The notes: generated from the sequence alone by a model not told the origin. 25,887 nucleotides of DNA from a virus (IMGVR_UViG_3300009179_000013:1-25887); one strand, 5' to 3'; numbered from the stretch's first letter, positions 8,970 to 17,373 are shown. Numbers and translations: made by a program.

Positions 8970-8999
8970 ATTGTAGCGGACGGATGAAATTGATTTCAA
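8970..8999 (-). promoter_or_regulatory. sigma70-like promoter overlapped by the 14-bp palindrome
   Basis: TTGAAA (8999-8994), N18, TACAAT (8975-8970), upstream of the 385-aa gene. Confidence 0.6.
8985..8998. repeat. 14-bp palindrome copy 4 (TGAAATTGATTTCA)
   Basis: Intergenic; overlaps a predicted -35 box. Confidence 0.85.
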
Positions 9000-9000
9000 C

Positions 9001-9531
9001 CTACACCGCTTGTACTAACTCGCAACCTCGTAGCGCGGTGCATTTGAAGTGTCGCGGATCGCGCGGCCTTTGTCTACCGTCACGAAACGCAATACCAACC
9101 TGCAACAGCGCATACGCGTCCGCCTCATCGTCCGAAGAGAACGCCCGACCCCGGTGCTTGGACATCACAGCCATGACGCGCTGCTTGTCCGCGTTACCGA
9201 TGCCGGTTGCAAACAATTTCAAAGATGAAGGAGGAACGAGTAGTAAGGGGATTTTACGCTCAAAGAAGAACAACTTCAAGACCCCACCTAGCTCCCCCAA
9301 GTCGAACGCCCTGCCCGCAAACCGCCCCATGGCGTAGCCTTCGTAGGCAATCAGTTGCGGTTTAGCAACATCCAGAACCGCCTGTACCTGAGTGCGCAAG
9401 TAGAGTAACCGAGCGAGACCCTTCACTTTTTTCGGCTTGACAGTACCAACGATAGGCAGGCCCTCCTTGGTGTAGTAGGCGAACCCTAACGACGTTAGGC
9501 TTGGGTCGATACCAAGAACAGAAGCACTCAT
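9001..9531 (-). CDS. RuvC-like Holliday junction resolvase
   Basis: VLGIDPSLTSLG, IAYEGY, LGELGG, LKLFATGIGNADK, DEADA. Start moved to 9531 (ATGA overlap). Confidence 0.85.
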   Translation of the reverse strand: MSASVLGIDPSLTSLGFAYYTKEGLPIVGTVKPKKVKGLARLLYLRTQVQAVLDVAKPQLIAYEGYAMGRFAGRAFDLGELGGVLKLFFFERKIPLLLVPPSSLKLFATGIGNADKQRVMAVMSKHRGRAFSSDDEADAYALLQVGIAFRDGRQRPRDPRHFKCTALRGCELVQAV

Positions 9532-10454
9532 GAGCATCCAAAGCAGGTTACGCGAACGGGGCATCGCTTGGCTTCCGGTGCTTCCTGCGTCCCGCACATT
9601 ACGCGTGGCGGAAGCTCCCCGCCCTTCATTGCTTCCGCCAGACGATCAAGGTCTTCCATGTACGGAGACAGATCGACAGTCTGCGGGTCTATGACGAACT
9701 CCTTGTACGGGAACTTGAAGCTGTACTCCTTGTTCGCGTACAGGATGCTGGTCCGGTTGACGACAGGAATACCAGCACGACGGAGAAGCCACCAATAGAG
9801 CGACACCTGTACCTTATGGTTCGGCTCCGCGCGAGCTAGCTCCTTCCACGATTCGGCCGCTATCGACTTGATTTCGACAATGTAGTACGCGCCTAGCGCA
9901 TCCATCCAGAGCAACAAGTCTGGCGACCCTGTGAGCTTGGTCGCAGCATCGGTGAAGCGTACCTCATTGTGCTTGTCGAGCGTGCTGTTGCACTCTGGAC
10001 ACTTCTGTCTGGGTCTGCTCTTGAACAAACCCTCAAACCCTTCCTTACCGCAAAGGCATGACCACCGCGCGTAGACCTTATCGGGGTGGCCTTGAATGAA
10101 TCGACGCTTTACGAAATCATGCACCGCGTCCCCGATGGCAAAGGTAATCCCCTGCCCGTCCATGATGGACTCCTGCGGGTGCCGCAGCTTTAGCTTGTGC
10201 ATGAGTGCGATCTTGCGAACGCACTTGTTGATGATGTCAGAAACGTGGACGTTGCCGGTGCTACGAAACTCCTGCGTAGCGGGCTTGGTCGCCTTGAGCA
10301 TGTCGATCACAGGCGTAGTGTCAGGTTCCCAAGGAACCTCGACAACTTCGGGTGCGGGAACGTCCTGCCCGCGCCGCCGACGCACTGCGCCAGACGATCC
10401 GCCAACGAGTCGCTTATCCAAGACTCGCTTGATGATGTCCCTACGCACCGTCAT
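9528..10454 (-). CDS. Cas4-like PD-(D/E)XK exonuclease with an inserted Zn-ribbon
   Basis: HVSDI..KCVRK, GDAVH, GSPD, VEIKS, QVSLY, and C-terminal C...CP..TC; internal CLC...CPEC. Start moved to 10454 (ATGA overlap). Confidence 0.8.
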   Translation of the reverse strand: MTVRRDIIKRVLDKRLVGGSSGAVRRRRGQDVPAPEVVEVPWEPDTTPVIDMLKATKPATQEFRSTGNVHVSDIINKCVRKIALMHKLKLRHPQESIMDGQGITFAIGDAVHDFVKRRFIQGHPDKVYARWSCLCGKEGFEGLFKSRPRQKCPECNSTLDKHNEVRFTDAATKLTGSPDLLLWMDALGAYYIVEIKSIAAESWKELARAEPNHKVQVSLYWWLLRRAGIPVVNRTSILYANKEYSFKFPYKEFVIDPQTVDLSPYMEDLDRLAEAMKGGELPPRVMCGTQEAPEAKRCPVRVTCFGCS

Positions 10455-10819
10455 ACCGAATAGCCTAAAGTGTCCAGAACGTACAGAGGAACAACCGCAA
10501 CTTGCTTCGCTGTACGTTTGTCGTCGTTTGCCAACTCTACCACAATTATCGGCAGTTCGTCGCAAGCCAGCGCCGCCTCTTCGATCTTGTCTATCATCTC
10601 AGTAGTGACGCTGAAGCTCTTGTGCTTCGTCGTCTTGGCTTCGATACGTACGATCCGCTTCTTGCGAACATCTCCCTTCACGGAGAAAGCGCCGGAAGCG
10701 ATAGTGACTTCGCCCCCGACGCGTTTGGCTAGCTCACGCTCCTGCTTCTTGCTGCGGTCGTGCGAAGGCGTACGCCCCGGTTGGCCGAACGTTCTTCGTA
10801 AGAAAGATTCTCTACTCAT
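10451..10819 (-). CDS. Hjc-like PD-(D/E)XK endonuclease / resolvase
   Basis: QERELAK...ASGA...KGDVR...IEAKTT. Confidence 0.75.
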   Translation of the reverse strand: MSRESFLRRTFGQPGRTPSHDRSKKQERELAKRVGGEVTIASGAFSVKGDVRKKRIVRIEAKTTKHKSFSVTTEMIDKIEEAALACDELPIIVVELANDDKRTAKQVAVVPLYVLDTLGYSV

Positions 10820-10827
10820 GATTTGTT

Positions 10828-10841
10828 TGAAATCGATTTCA
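10828..10841. repeat. 14-bp palindrome copy 5
   Basis: Perfect; fills the gap after recA. Confidence 0.9.
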
Positions 10842-11963
10842 TCAATCCGGGTAGAACCTTTCTATAAACTCATCCGGCATCTTCAGGTGCTTTGCCTGCT
10901 CGCTGATGAGGAAGTTGCGAAGCTTCCAGTAGAGTTCCCGATTCTGGTACAGGTGTAACGCCGCATCATTCATACCACGAAACGTGTGTTCCTCGTCCCA
11001 GAAGTCTAGGGTCCAACTCGACCCTCCCCCGGTATACGCACCGAACTTCTTCGCGTAAGCCAGAAGGGTAGTGGCGTCGTCAACGTCGCCTTCCTTCAAA
11101 CCGAGACTGTCATCCGGCACACGCCGAACCCGGAACTCCCCAGTACGAGGGCCGGTGTTCATCTTGTTCTTCTTGATTTCGAAAGCATGCTCGTTTTCGG
11201 CAACAGTCTCTACGTCGTACTCGTCCTTCCCCATCTGCTCTTTGTTCTTGATGATGAGTTGAACAGAGGTAGAGAACTCCAGCGCCTTGCCGCCCGGAAT
11301 AGAACGAGGGTCGCCGTACACAACCCCTACCTTGGACCGGAACTGGTTGATCAGAAGGACGGTAACGAAGTGTCCCCTGTTCCGTTCGGCAATCAGCCCG
11401 GACGTTACCTTGCGGACCAAGCTGCCCACCAATCTAGCTTGCAGGCCCATGAAGGCATCCTCGGCTGAGGAGTCAATCTCCTTCATGGGAGTGAGCGCCG
11501 CGATGGAGTCGATGACGATGAGAGACACTTCCTTGGTGCGGACGAAGGCATCGGCAGCATCTACAGCCGCCTCCCCGGTCTCTGGATTGAAAACGTACAG
11601 GCGGTCCGGATCGACCCCTAGCTTCGAAGACCAGACCGTATCGTGGGTACCCTCGACATCGATCTTGACAGCCTTCATGTCAGGGTACTGCGCCTGCGCG
11701 TTAGCGATGATCTTGTCGGCAAGCAGGCTCTTGCCTGCGTGACGCTCCCCGACAATCATCGTCACCCTGTTATGCGGAATGCCGCCAAGCAGGGCTAGGT
11801 CTAGGATGAAGACGCCAGTACTAATCCGCTCTGGCTGATTCTTCTCCCTCGCTGTGTGAATCGTGTTCTCTCCGAACCTAGTCCTTATGGCCTTGAGTGT
11901 GTCGTCAAACTCTTCGCCTCCGCGCCCCCCTGCTGGCACGGACCGTGTACGTCTGGTCGCCAT
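10842..11963 (-). CDS. recA: RecA-like recombinase
   Basis: ISTGVFILDLAL.GGIP, Walker A GERHAGKS, VIDSIAAL, GLQARL, INQFR.KVGV.YGDP...PGGKALEF. Confidence 0.93.
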   Translation of the reverse strand: MATRRTRSVPAGGRGGEEFDDTLKAIRTRFGENTIHTAREKNQPERISTGVFILDLALLGGIPHNRVTMIVGERHAGKSLLADKIIANAQAQYPDMKAVKIDVEGTHDTVWSSKLGVDPDRLYVFNPETGEAAVDAADAFVRTKEVSLIVIDSIAALTPMKEIDSSAEDAFMGLQARLVGSLVRKVTSGLIAERNRGHFVTVLLINQFRSKVGVVYGDPRSIPGGKALEFSTSVQLIIKNKEQMGKDEYDVETVAENEHAFEIKKNKMNTGPRTGEFRVRRVPDDSLGLKEGDVDDATTLLAYAKKFGAYTGGGSSWTLDFWDEEHTFRGMNDAALHLYQNRELYWKLRNFLISEQAKHLKMPDEFIERFYPD

Positions 11964-11969
11964 GTTTCC

Positions 11970-12284
11970 TCACTCGTACTGTTTCATTTCTTCTTCAAGC
12001 AAAACCGAGACCCGATCAGCAACCGAGTGAAAGACTTGATCAATCTCCTCGGTGTAGCAGGGGACGCTAAGGGAAACGTCGAGTCGCAGAGACTCGTAGT
12101 TACCCATGTTTTTCGTCATCCCTACATTTACACGAACGTACGCCGGTTCTGCTAGGAACTTGCGAACCTCCAGCTTCTCTGTGCGGTTGCGTTCCTCGCC
12201 GCCATAGGTGGAGGTAACCACCAAGGTTTCTTCTGAAGAAAGCAGAGTCGGCTTACCCTCACCGCGCCGTCTACGCACTTCCAT
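11970..12284 (-). CDS. conserved hypothetical phage protein
   Basis: SD AGGAGG; TKNMGNYESLRLDV motif recurrent in phage replication regions. Confidence 0.75.
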   Translation of the reverse strand: MEVRRRRGEGKPTLLSSEETLVVTSTYGGEERNRTEKLEVRKFLAEPAYVRVNVGMTKNMGNYESLRLDVSLSVPCYTEEIDQVFHSVADRVSVLLEEEMKQYE

Positions 12285-12293
12285 ACATCCCTC

Positions 12294-12839
12294 CTACACA
12301 AAATGCTCCCGATACCCAAACATCTGCTGCATCATTTGCTCACGCGTCTGCGTATGCCCTTGAGCATAGTAGCTGAACGACTGCTCATGCAGCGAAAGCA
12401 CGCGAGCCATCACGGTAACCTCGCCAACGCTGTAGTGCCGGTAGCCTCGCTGCGTGTCCCGGAGGATAGGCTCAGGGATCAAGTCCTCTTTGAGCCACCG
12501 CTTAAACGTCAACTCTGTCTTCCCCAACGCCCGCGCCGCTTCAGGAACCGTGTAGCACTCTACAACCTGCGGAAAGTCCATCTCATCGGCCTGTACCTCG
12601 CGGAGTACGCCCTGCGTCAGCGGACCGTCCGCTAGCCTGCTCGGCGGTAGTGGCTTGTCCTTGCGGTACGATTTGCGAGATAGCTCACGCTGCCGCTCGG
12701 CGTATCCGGGGTCACTAGCGTATAGTTTCCGTCGATACTCGTTATGATCTGGCTTTGGCGGAGGAGCGATATGCGGCCTGCGAGGTCTTTCCTGTACCTC
12801 GACATATCCAGCCTCTTTTTTCCTTTGGTCAAATCCCAT
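12294..12839 (-). CDS. MerR-like HTH DNA-binding protein
   Basis: YTVPEAARALGKTELTFKRWLKEDLIPEP...RGYRHYS. Overlaps the helicase 3' end by 208 nt; GGAG lies 8 nt before the ATG. Confidence 0.75.
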   Translation of the reverse strand: MGFDQRKKEAGYVEVQERPRRPHIAPPPKPDHNEYRRKLYASDPGYAERQRELSRKSYRKDKPLPPSRLADGPLTQGVLREVQADEMDFPQVVECYTVPEAARALGKTELTFKRWLKEDLIPEPILRDTQRGYRHYSVGEVTVMARVLSLHEQSFSYYAQGHTQTREQMMQQMFGYREHFV

Positions 12840-14248
12840 AAGAAAATCTCCGCGTTACTCGCAAGATAGTCACCTAGTCTGTTCGACAGTTGGTAAAGTG
12901 ACCGAAACGAATTAACGTCGGCCAGCGTTACCCAAATAGGTCTGAGTTTATCCGGCGCAATCCTAAGAATACGCCCATGCACTTGCGTAGCCTCGCTACG
13001 CGGCGTTGCATCAACGCCTGCCGACAGTCTAGGGATGTCCACACCTTTCGCCATAATACCATAAGTGGCGAAGATTACGCGTGATGTTTTCTTGACCTCA
13101 TCCAATACCGCCTTTGGGATAGTCTTCTGAACTAGGCATAGCTTGATAGGAGTGTAGGGTGTACCCTTCTCCCAGCACTCCGGCCTACGTGGAGGTTTGG
13201 GGTCTTTCTGGTACTCAAACACTGTCTTCGACTTGGCATACAAGCCAAGGTCTTTGCGCGGTAGGCCAGACGCCTCAGCCAGCGCCATCAACGAACACAG
13301 ATGCTCTATCCGGTCCCCTATGACGAGAACGTCCCGCCCCGACGCATACAACCACTTCACTGCCTTGACAATGAGCAAGTTGCGGTCTGCGTCTTCAGCT
13401 ACCTCGTTGATGAACCGTCCGACCATCTTGGAGTTGTTGACGCGCCATGAGTAGACGCCATGGTTCTCCAGAATGTAGACCGACGACTTGCCGGGGTCAT
13501 CAGTTAGTCGAACGTCTACTGTGCCAAGGTTCCAAGGAATGATTCGCTTCAGGTCGTCCCGACGCTGCGGAGTAGCGGATAGCCCAAAGCGTACCTTGGC
13601 CGAAAAGCGCATCAGTACTCTGGAGAACGTAGGTGCGCCCGTCGTGTGGCACTCATCGAACACGACAATGCCGAAGTGGTCGTAGAACTCTTTAGGTAGC
13701 TCCCGCCGCACAAGCGTCTGCATCATGCAGATCGTGATCGGTCTATCCCGGTACTCCGCTTTCGGCCCGCGAACGATCCCTATCTGATCGCGCGTAAGCC
13801 CTAGATGCTCCTCGCAGCGGGTAATCCACTGATCTAGAAGGTTCTCTTGATCGACAACGATAGCGGCGTTACGGCCTAGGCGTTGAATGACCGCAAGAGC
13901 GCACACGGTCTTGCCTTTGCCTGTCGCTGCCTGCGCAACGAAGTCGGAGCGTGTCTGTGCTGCCGAGACAATCGCATCCACAAAGGGTCTCTGGTAGTCG
14001 CGTAGCTTAACTGGCTGCGACAACGAAATGTACTCACCAAGCGCCCGCCGGTCTTTGTACTCCGTCGTTGAAATCAATTTCAAACCGAACACACGCGGCA
14101 AGCCGATGAACCCTTCGCGATCTTTACGGTAGCACGCAACCGTGTCGGATGAGCCGTCAAGCCGGTAGACATCGACGGTCAGCCTGTCCTTTAGATCATC
14201 AGTGAACTCCCGTTCCGGAATCCACACGCAACTGGAAAGTTCTATCAT
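12632..14248 (-). CDS. superfamily 2 DEAD/DEAH-like helicase (UvsW/D10-like)
   Basis: LRDYQ, AATGKGKT, VFDECH, GLSATP, KGVDIP, QVHGRILR. Confidence 0.9.
   Translation of the reverse strand: MIELSSCVWIPEREFTDDLKDRLTVDVYRLDGSSDTVACYRKDREGFIGLPRVFGLKLISTTEYKDRRALGEYISLSQPVKLRDYQRPFVDAIVSAAQTRSDFVAQAATGKGKTVCALAVIQRLGRNAAIVVDQENLLDQWITRCEEHLGLTRDQIGIVRGPKAEYRDRPITICMMQTLVRRELPKEFYDHFGIVVFDECHTTGAPTFSRVLMRFSAKVRFGLSATPQRRDDLKRIIPWNLGTVDVRLTDDPGKSSVYILENHGVYSWRVNNSKMVGRFINEVAEDADRNLLIVKAVKWLYASGRDVLVIGDRIEHLCSLMALAEASGLPRKDLGLYAKSKTVFEYQKDPKPPRRPECWEKGTPYTPIKLCLVQKTIPKAVLDEVKKTSRVIFATYGIMAKGVDIPRLSAGVDATPRSEATQVHGRILRIAPDKLRPIWVTLADVNSFRSLYQLSNRLGDYLASNAEIFLWDLTKGKKRLDMSRYRKDLAGRISLLRQSQIITSIDGNYTLVTPDTPSGSVSYLANRTARTSHYRRAG
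14069..14082. repeat. 14-bp palindrome copy 6 (TGAAATCAATTTCA)
   Basis: One central mismatch; inside the SF2 helicase gene. Confidence 0.8.
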
Positions 14249-14703
14249 GAGTCAAACGGCCTCTGCACCGCCCCCTGACCAGACTCCGTACAGATCAACC
14301 TTTCCCTGTAGCCGAAAGGAAAGGTTGTGCCTTCCGGTAGCACCCAGAGATGGTACTGATTCGACGTATCGACTAGCCGAGACTCTGCGGGGTATAGCTC
14401 AACCGCCTCCCGTTCCGGACCGCAGATCGCGTTCTTGATCTGCTGCATTTCTCGCCAGTCGTGAAACGCTTGCTTGTCCCTGCGCTTGATGGATACGTGC
14501 GTCATGAACAAGCCGAACGCCGGGACATTGACCTCCCGCACGTTGACTTGATACGTGTCCGATAGATAGACACTCGTCTCCTTCGTGCGCTGAACCTCCT
14601 TCTTCGCCTCAGCCTTCGTCAAACCCCACGCCGACATGTAGTACTCGTAGGAGTATGACTCTGGGGGAAGCTGCGCCGGTTCGAACTTAAAACGAGACTC
14701 CAC
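14245..14703 (-). CDS. conserved hypothetical phage protein
   Basis: GTG start with SD GGAGG; HVSI...DWREMQQIKN...ELYPAESRLVD...HLW is a recurrent phage family motif. Confidence 0.75.
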   Translation of the reverse strand: MESRFKFEPAQLPPESYSYEYYMSAWGLTKAEAKKEVQRTKETSVYLSDTYQVNVREVNVPAFGLFMTHVSIKRRDKQAFHDWREMQQIKNAICGPEREAVELYPAESRLVDTSNQYHLWVLPEGTTFPFGYRERLICTESGQGAVQRPFDS

Positions 14704-14722
14704 CGTAACCTCCGAGTCAATA

Positions 14723-14747
14723 GGGAAGGCGGCAATGCCGCCCTCCC
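14723..14747 (-). terminator. GC-rich hairpin, possible terminator or processing site
   Basis: Minus strand GGGAGGGCGGCA-T-TGCCGCCTTCCC right after the stop at 14749; poor U-tract. Confidence 0.4.
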
Positions 14748-14748
14748 C

Positions 14749-14943
14749 TTACTGCCCTCCAATGTACCTTTCCCAGAGTGCTGTGATCCTAGCCACTTGC
14801 TGCTCTGTGAGAACGGATACGTCCCCGTTGCTTACATACACCGCGTCTAGGACGGTCTCTACGAAATCGATATCGTCGTCAGGTAGGTCACCAACTTCGG
14901 CGGTGGTTTCCAAATCCTCCAACATCTCTTGGATCAACGCCAC
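14749..14943 (-). CDS. small acidic hypothetical protein
   Basis: 64 aa, GTG start with SD GGAGG, fills the operon gap. Confidence 0.65.
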   Translation of the reverse strand: MALIQEMLEDLETTAEVGDLPDDDIDFVETVLDAVYVSNGDVSVLTEQQVARITALWERYIGGQ

Positions 14944-14949
14944 GGTAGC

Positions 14950-16035
14950 CTACCTCCGCGCCCGCCGTGCAACGACCCGACGCGCGACGGACGGCTCGTC
15001 AGCTTCTTCCTCGACTTCTTCCTGCCTAACCCGACGGGTCGCGCTACGGGCTACAGGGGCTTCTTCCTCATCGTCTGCCGCTACCGCCCGACCCGACCGA
15101 GAAACCTCCCTAGAGGGGGTTTTAACTCCCCTGCGGGGGGCTTCCGGTGCCTCCTCCTCGCTGTCTTCCCTAGCGCGACGGCGCGGCGGGGTGTCCGTAT
15201 CAAACGGGGCCTCGTCGTCAGCGTCTTCCCAATCGTCGTCCTTGGTAGCACGGCGACGGGCCTGCGGACGCTCATCATCCTCGTCGCTCTTGGCAGCGCG
15301 ACGGGTACGGCTCGACCCAAGCTCGCGCTCTGCTTGCTGGCGACTGCCGGGAGCGGGACTGCCGCCGACGATAGCGCGAAGCTTCTCAGTCGTAGGCTCT
15401 TCAAACATCTTCTCGTAATCGAACGGCTCGTCGCAGTTCTCGGTGTGCTTCTTGCCCTCGCGGTCCTTCCAAGAGCGGGTGTAAGCAGCGAGGTCGTCTT
15501 CCTCCACGAACTCGACAAACTCAATGTCGTTGCCGATGGCAGAGTCCTTGTCGCCATCTCGCGTCATGGAGAACTTAGCGCCGCGAAGCGTGCCTTCCTT
15601 GTTGTAGAAGCGCAGGAACTTCTTCTGCTGTGCCGGTTTGACGACAAGCAGTTTGCGGCTGAACTCAACCTCAGTACCGTCCCGCATGCTGAACGGAGTC
15701 AGGTCGATGACCGTAAGGAACATCGCGTAGTAGGACTCCTTCCCGGTCGCCTCGCAAACTGGGCAGTTGTCGAAGGTCTTGACGCAACCAGAGAACAGCC
15801 GACCCCAACGACCTTCTGCATCCTTCAATGCGTGTTCGTACATGAAGAAGTCAGGCTTGTCGTCGCAGATGATGATTTCGCGCGTATCGCCTACCGGGAC
15901 AAAGAACCGAAACGGTTGATGGCCCGCCGCGCGGCGCTGTTCAGCTTTCTGCTTGGAGCGTTCAATCTCTTCGTCAGTGCGGCGCATGCCGCTTTCGCCG
16001 CGAAAGAACGCAGACCGTTTTCTCTGTTCAGCCAT
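14950..16035 (-). CDS. single-stranded DNA-binding protein (gp32-like, Zn-binding) with a long charged tail
   Basis: YEH...C...DNCPVC Zn motif, OB-like core, and a long D/E/R-rich disordered C-terminus. Start at 16035 follows SD AGGAG. Confidence 0.72.
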   Translation of the reverse strand: MAEQRKRSAFFRGESGMRRTDEEIERSKQKAEQRRAAGHQPFRFFVPVGDTREIIICDDKPDFFMYEHALKDAEGRWGRLFSGCVKTFDNCPVCEATGKESYYAMFLTVIDLTPFSMRDGTEVEFSRKLLVVKPAQQKKFLRFYNKEGTLRGAKFSMTRDGDKDSAIGNDIEFVEFVEEDDLAAYTRSWKDREGKKHTENCDEPFDYEKMFEEPTTEKLRAIVGGSPAPGSRQQAERELGSSRTRRAAKSDEDDERPQARRRATKDDDWEDADDEAPFDTDTPPRRRAREDSEEEAPEAPRRGVKTPSREVSRSGRAVAADDEEEAPVARSATRRVRQEEVEEEADEPSVARRVVARRARR

Positions 16036-16036
16036 T

Positions 16037-16378
16037 TCAAATCTCCTTTTTGAGTGCATCTGCTAATGCACGTGCTAGCGAAAAGCTCAACCCAAGTCGA
16101 GCGAACGTGGTTGCTTTGATGTCCGTCGCAGAAACTAATTCTGCCCCGTATGGCGGCATGGCTACGAAGTAGCCCTGTATGTCATGCCCAAGAACACTCA
16201 AAGGACAAACGATGAGTACAGTCTTGTACTTGCGAGTCTTCTTAGGTAGACGGAGGTCTGAGACCTCCAACCAAACAGGCTTTCCTTTCCTCAACGGTGC
16301 AAACAAAGTTGCCACTATGTCCGGTCGATCATCGATCAACCTAGGGGAAAGTTTACGCCCCTCAGAGCCTACTGTCAA
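16037..16378 (-). CDS. hypothetical protein (start uncertain)
   Basis: Open frame fills the gap between primase and SSB; the TTG at 16378 lies just after the primase stop. Confidence 0.5.
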   Translation of the reverse strand: MTVGSEGRKLSPRLIDDRPDIVATLFAPLRKGKPVWLEVSDLRLPKKTRKYKTVLIVCPLSVLGHDIQGYFVAMPPYGAELVSATDIKATTFARLGLSFSLARALADALKKEI

Positions 16379-16380
16379 AT

Positions 16381-17370
16381 CTACAGAAGACGCGCGTCGT
16401 TTAGCATCTTTCTTACCTGCTTTTCGCTTAGCTCCGCTGGGTCTTTCGGGGCGCGAAAACCGCCCCCGGCTGTCTCTACAGTAGGATCGCTTGGGTACCG
16501 AACTTTCATCAGCGGTAGGTACCGCCATAGCAACTCCTTTGCACGGTCCCGCGCGTCCCGCCCCGGAGGATCATCATCATGAAAGAAGTAGACTGGCTTA
16601 CCAAGCTCTCTCACGATGTCCGCCTGCGTCTCGGTCAGATACGACCCCATGAACGCCATGGCCGGAAAACCGTACGTCACCATTTTTGCGTAGTCGAACA
16701 AACCCTCAACCAAGATCACGTACTCATCTGTCGGTTCGATCAGATGCGCCCCTAGCAACAGCTTTCGCTTCGGTAACCCATGGTAGTCTTTCACCTTGGG
16801 TATGACCCCCTCATGGATGGCGCGTCCTGAGAACCCGTACAGCAAACCGTCCGGGCCGTACACAGGAAACATAATCCGCTCAACCCCGCTAGAGTCTCCG
16901 GGATCGTATAGAAGCTCCATCCGCCGCGCCGCCTCACGCGTGATCCCGCGTTTCGCCAAGTACGAATGCCCGTAAGCCGGATCGTACAGATCGAAGTACT
17001 TCTCCTTGTCGATAGGCACGGGCGGTGGGTCAGGATCGATAACGGAATCCCAAACCGGGATTGCCCCGCCAAAGAACTCACCGCGCTCTAACGACTTTGC
17101 GTAGTTGAGCCAGTCCTCTCCGGAGTATTCGCTGTACTTGCGGAGGAGCCAACTGAGCGTCCCGCGACTGTGGCAGGTAAAGCAGTTGAAGATACTAGCT
17201 TCGCCGTTCGTCTTGACAGATATGCCTGCGCTAGGGTGCGTGTCCTGCCCCCGCGCGTGCGTCCAAGGAGACAAAGGACACGGAATGCTTACCCAGCGCT
17301 CCGTGTCCGTCATCGGTGTGTTAGGACCGAATATCTCCTTGACGATCTGCTTAATCTCAGGGCGGTCCAC
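16381..17370 (-). CDS. DNA primase (CHC2 Zn-finger plus TOPRIM)
   Basis: CPL...H...FNCFTC, YLAKRGI, RIMFP, GFSGR, VEGLFD, FHDDDPPG, KDPAEL. Confidence 0.9.
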   Translation of the reverse strand: MDRPEIKQIVKEIFGPNTPMTDTERWVSIPCPLSPWTHARGQDTHPSAGISVKTNGEASIFNCFTCHSRGTLSWLLRKYSEYSGEDWLNYAKSLERGEFFGGAIPVWDSVIDPDPPPVPIDKEKYFDLYDPAYGHSYLAKRGITREAARRMELLYDPGDSSGVERIMFPVYGPDGLLYGFSGRAIHEGVIPKVKDYHGLPKRKLLLGAHLIEPTDEYVILVEGLFDYAKMVTYGFPAMAFMGSYLTETQADIVRELGKPVYFFHDDDPPGRDARDRAKELLWRYLPLMKVRYPSDPTVETAGGGFRAPKDPAELSEKQVRKMLNDARLL

Positions 17371-17373
17371 AGA

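Noticed and set aside
9528-10454. Cas4-like gene as a sign of a CRISPR-Cas system
   Set aside because: No repeat-spacer array or other cas genes; solo Cas4-like nucleases are common in phage recombination modules.
14862-14875. CGAAATCGATATCG and AGGAATCAATTTCT (23348-23361) as extra palindrome copies
   Set aside because: Three or more mismatches to the consensus, which is compatible with chance.
14929-16053. 374-aa plus-strand ORF
   Set aside because: Antisense shadow of the SSB gene in GC-rich DNA.
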